From: Candidatus Eiseniibacteriota bacterium
GTDB taxonomy: Bacteria > Eisenbacteria > RBG-16-71-46 > CAZAMP01
DNA: 64,000 bases
Assembly (NCBI GenBank): GCA_965224245.1
Contig: OZ245046.1
Span: forward strand, 576,001 to 640,000
Reading direction: 5' to 3'
A program made the translations under genes and the position numbers. The notes below the pieces were generated by a model. That model saw only the letters and a list, made by a program, of their open reading frames with translations. It did no database searches and was not told where the DNA came from. Shown in pieces: positions 61,332 to 64,000 of this stretch. Every line of letters begins with the position of its first letter. Position 1 is the first letter of the stretch.

Positions 61332-62897
61332 ATGACGAACGCACGCCACACGACGACCCCGCGCACGTCCCGACCGCCGGATCCGGCGGAGCTGGACGCG
61401 GATCGCTGCTACGCGGCCCTCGCGAGCCGCGATTCGCGCTTCGACGGTCGGTTCGTGGTGGGGGTCCGGACCACCGGTGTGTATTGCCGGCCGATCTGTC
61501 CGGCGCGAACGCCGGCGCCCGAGAACGTGCGGTTCCTGCCGAGCGCGGCCGCCGCCGAGGCGGCCGGTTTCCGGCCGTGTCGCCGGTGTCGACCCGAGAC
61601 GAGCCCCGGCAGCCCCGCGTGGCGGGGAACCGACGCCACGGTGCGACGGGCGAGCGCCCTCATCGCCGACGGCTTCCTCGACTCCGGTCGCGTGACGGAT
61701 CTGGCCGATCGCCTCGGCATCGGCGAGCGCCACCTGCGGCGGCTCTTCGAGCAGCACGTGGGAGCCTCGCCGGGTGCACTGGCACGCAGCCAGCGGGCCC
61801 ATCTCGCGCGGTGCCTCCTCGACGACGCATCCCGCTCGGTGGCCGACGTGGCCGCGCTGGCCGGGTATCCCAGCCCTGCGCGACTGACCGCCGACATGAA
61901 GCGGGTGTTCGGGACCACGCCGTCGCACATGCGACGCGCCGGCCCCCTGCGCGAGCCGGGCGAGGGGCTCTCGGTACGGCTGCCGGTCCGGACTCCGTTC
62001 GACTGGAACGCGATGCTGGCCTACTGGCGCCCGCGCGCGATCGCCGGCGTCGAGCACGTGGACGGCGACACCTATCGCCGCGTCGTGGGAGTCGACGGCC
62101 GGCGAATCCCGATCTCGGTCACGGTCGTGCCCGCGGGCGAGCCCCGGGGGGCGGCCGGGCGCTCGTCGCTCGAGCTCCGTGTGCCGTCGGACGTGGGCGC
62201 ATCGCTGGCCCGGGTGATCGAGCGCGTCCGCGTGGCGTTCGACACCCGCGCCAACCCGGTGGCGATCGAGGATCATCTCGGTGGCTGCGCGTTCCTGGGG
62301 CCCCTGGTCGCACGCGCCCGAGGCATGCGCGTGCCGGGAGCGTTCGACGGCTTCGAGCTCGCGGTCCGTGCGGTGCTGGGACAGCAGGTGTCCGTGGCCG
62401 GGGCGACGACCCTGGCCGGGCGTCTGGTGTCGGAGCTGGGCGCGCGGCTGGGAGAACCCGATGCGGCGGGCGCGATCACGCACGCGTTTCCGTCTCCGGA
62501 GGTCGTGGCCGGCGCCGACCTCGCCCGGCTCGGGATGCCCGGCCGGCGGGCCGAGGCGATCCGGGCGCTGGCGCGCGGGGTGTGTGAGGGGCGCCTGCGC
62601 CTGGAGTGGGGCGCCGATCCGGAGGCCCTGACCGCGGCGCTGATCGACATCCCGGGGATCGGTCCCTGGACGGCCGGCTACGTCACGATGCGCGTGGCGG
62701 GCGACCCGGACGCGTTTCTTCCGGGAGACCTGGGCGTGCGCAAGGCCGTGCGCCGGCGCTCGGTCGAGCTCGATGCCGGTGGCCCCCCCGCGCCCGATGG
62801 ACTTCCCCGGCCGAGCGAGATCCTCTCGCTCGCCAGCCGATGGCGACCGTGGCGCGCGTACGCGGTCATGATTCTCTGGCACAGTCTGGGAGACTGA
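61332..62897 (+). CDS. alkA: Ada(Zn)-AraC-AlkA fusion, DNA-3-methyladenine glycosylase II
   Basis: TTGVYCRPICP...GFRPCRRCRP, AraC HTH, AlkA_N, RAVLGQQVS, IPGIGPWTA, DLG, WRPWRAYA. Confidence 0.93.
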   Translation: MTNARHTTTPRTSRPPDPAELDADRCYAALASRDSRFDGRFVVGVRTTGVYCRPICPARTPAPENVRFLPSAAAAEAAGFRPCRRCRPETSPGSPAWRGTDATVRRASALIADGFLDSGRVTDLADRLGIGERHLRRLFEQHVGASPGALARSQRAHLARCLLDDASRSVADVAALAGYPSPARLTADMKRVFGTTPSHMRRAGPLREPGEGLSVRLPVRTPFDWNAMLAYWRPRAIAGVEHVDGDTYRRVVGVDGRRIPISVTVVPAGEPRGAAGRSSLELRVPSDVGASLARVIERVRVAFDTRANPVAIEDHLGGCAFLGPLVARARGMRVPGAFDGFELAVRAVLGQQVSVAGATTLAGRLVSELGARLGEPDAAGAITHAFPSPEVVAGADLARLGMPGRRAEAIRALARGVCEGRLRLEWGADPEALTAALIDIPGIGPWTAGYVTMRVAGDPDAFLPGDLGVRKAVRRRSVELDAGGPPAPDGLPRPSEILSLASRWRPWRAYAVMILWHSLGD

Positions 62898-62900
62898 CGC

Positions 62901-63428
62901 ATGACGACGACGATCCACCATCACGAGCTCACGGCGCCGCCCGGAACGATCGGCGTGGCCGTGCGAGACGACGTTCTGCTCGCGATCGAGTTCGGCGCCG
63001 ACAGAGCCGCCATGCAGGCCGCGCTGGAACGGCGACTGGGGCCCTGCCGGCTCGTCCCCGGCCCCGACGACTCCCCCGTGGTCCGCGCGATCGCGCGCTA
63101 CCTGGAGGGCGATCTGAGTGCGATCGAAGGCCTCGCGTGCGACGCCGGCGGCACGCCGTTCCAGACGCGCGTGTGGGCCGCGCTTCGCGACATCCCCGCC
63201 GGCGAGACGCGCAGCTACGGCGAGCTGGCCGCGATCCTGGGACGTCCCGGTGCCTCTCGCGCCGTCGGTCGCGCCAACGGGCAGAACCCGATCCCGATCG
63301 TGGTGCCGTGTCACCGCGTGATCGGCGCGGACGGAACACTGACCGGGTTCGGCGGCGGGCTCGCCTGGAAGAAGTGGCTGCTCGAGCACGAGGGGCTCGT
63401 CGTGGCCGAGCAGATGCGTCTGGTGTAG
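62901..63428 (+). CDS. ogt: Methylated-DNA-[protein]-cysteine S-methyltransferase
   Basis: GTPFQ..VW..L..IP.G.T.SY, RAVG.ANG.NP, PCHRV. Confidence 0.95.
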   Translation: MTTTIHHHELTAPPGTIGVAVRDDVLLAIEFGADRAAMQAALERRLGPCRLVPGPDDSPVVRAIARYLEGDLSAIEGLACDAGGTPFQTRVWAALRDIPAGETRSYGELAAILGRPGASRAVGRANGQNPIPIVVPCHRVIGADGTLTGFGGGLAWKKWLLEHEGLVVAEQMRLV

Positions 63429-63502
63429 ACGGCGGTCTCCTCGACTCCGGGCCACGCGTGCCCGTCGCGCGAGACGCCGCTGCACGCTTCACCCGCGGGG
63501 CG

Positions 63503-64000
63503 CTAGCGAGTCTCGTACGTGAGGTGCTGGTACACCTCGGAGAAGCGCGTGCCGGGTCGGTTCAGCTCGGCGAACCGTCCGATCCCGGCCACCCGCCCGC
63601 GATCGACGAACACGATCTGATCGGCACGCTCCAGCGTCGCGCGGCGGTGGGTGACCACGATGGTCGTGCATCGCGGCAGGTCCGCGAACACCGACGACCA
63701 CACGCGCGCCTCGGTCTCCGCATCCAGGCTCGACGTGCAGTCGTCGAGGAGCAGCACGTCCGGGCGAGCGACCAGCGCGCGCGCGAGGGCGACCCGCTGC
63801 TTCTGCCCGCCCGACAACCGGAGTCCCCGGGCACCGACCGGTGTTTCCACGCCGCGCGGCCAGGCCGTCAGGTCGGGTCGTAGCCCCGCGGCGTCGAGCG
63901 CGTGCTCCACGTCGTCGTCACCGATCCACTCGCGTCCGAAGTGCACGTTCTCGCGGACGGTCGTCGAGAACAGGAGCGGCTCCTGCGGGACCCATCCGAG
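63503..64000 (-). CDS. ABC exporter ATP-binding domain (C-terminal part; gene continues beyond the window)
   Basis: VPQEPLLFSTTVRENV, LSGGQKQR, LLDDCTSSLD, VTHR. Confidence 0.88.
   Translation of the reverse strand, partial: LGWVPQEPLLFSTTVRENVHFGREWIGDDDVEHALDAAGLRPDLTAWPRGVETPVGARGLRLSGGQKQRVALARALVARPDVLLLDDCTSSLDAETEARVWSSVFADLPRCTTIVVTHRRATLERADQIVFVDRGRVAGIGRFAELNRPGTRFSEVYQHLTYETR

Noticed and set aside
49280-63428. VOC protein and Ada/AlkA/Ogt as enediyne self-resistance genes
   Set aside because: They lie more than 40 kb from pksE among unrelated genes and look like ordinary family members; alkylation repair does not address enediyne strand breaks.

Overview
High-GC bacterial chromosomal window with about 48 genes. 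I saw no rRNA, tRNA, CRISPR array, IS element or phage genes. Two secreted proteins end in a 'SWGxIKxL(Y/F)' motif and one carries a C-terminal FlgD-Ig domain, which suggests an uncultured FCB-associated lineage (Eisenbacteria/Krumholzibacteriota/Latescibacterota-like); this is inference. Contents from left to right: (1) the 3' end of an enediyne core cassette: the C-terminus of a DUF1702/E3-like gene coupled by ATGA to an iterative PKS PksE (KS-AT-ACP-KR-DH-PPTase), then the E10 thioesterase; (2) a GT9 glycosyltransferase, a secreted protein, a ~160-nt rod-like structured intergenic element and DoxX; (3) a Pit-DUF47-Na/Pi phosphate operon, a double-CBM48 protein, GH97, an aldehyde dehydrogenase and a beta-propeller/PAS hybrid kinase; (4) a ~17.5-kb anaerobic purine/urate catabolic island (Se-dependent-type Xdh, SsnA, two PLP enzymes, YgeY, YgeW, a short YgfK, a three-subunit Xdh, MocA, XdhC and a guanine-type deaminase); (5) tryptophanase; (6) rhomboid, a secreted protein, and an operon of an 83-aa Cys-Cys/TM/Arg-tail micro-protein with an Lgt paralog, a candidate new lipid-anchoring or sorting system; (7) an array of small detoxification-type genes containing one deletion pseudogene; (8) 5-oxoprolinase, a small secreted protein, an M1 peptidase, a lipoprotein with an ABC transporter, Ada-AlkA, Ogt and a partial ABC ATPase. 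Several genes appear to use leaderless transcripts. All family calls come from motif recognition by eye, not from database searches.
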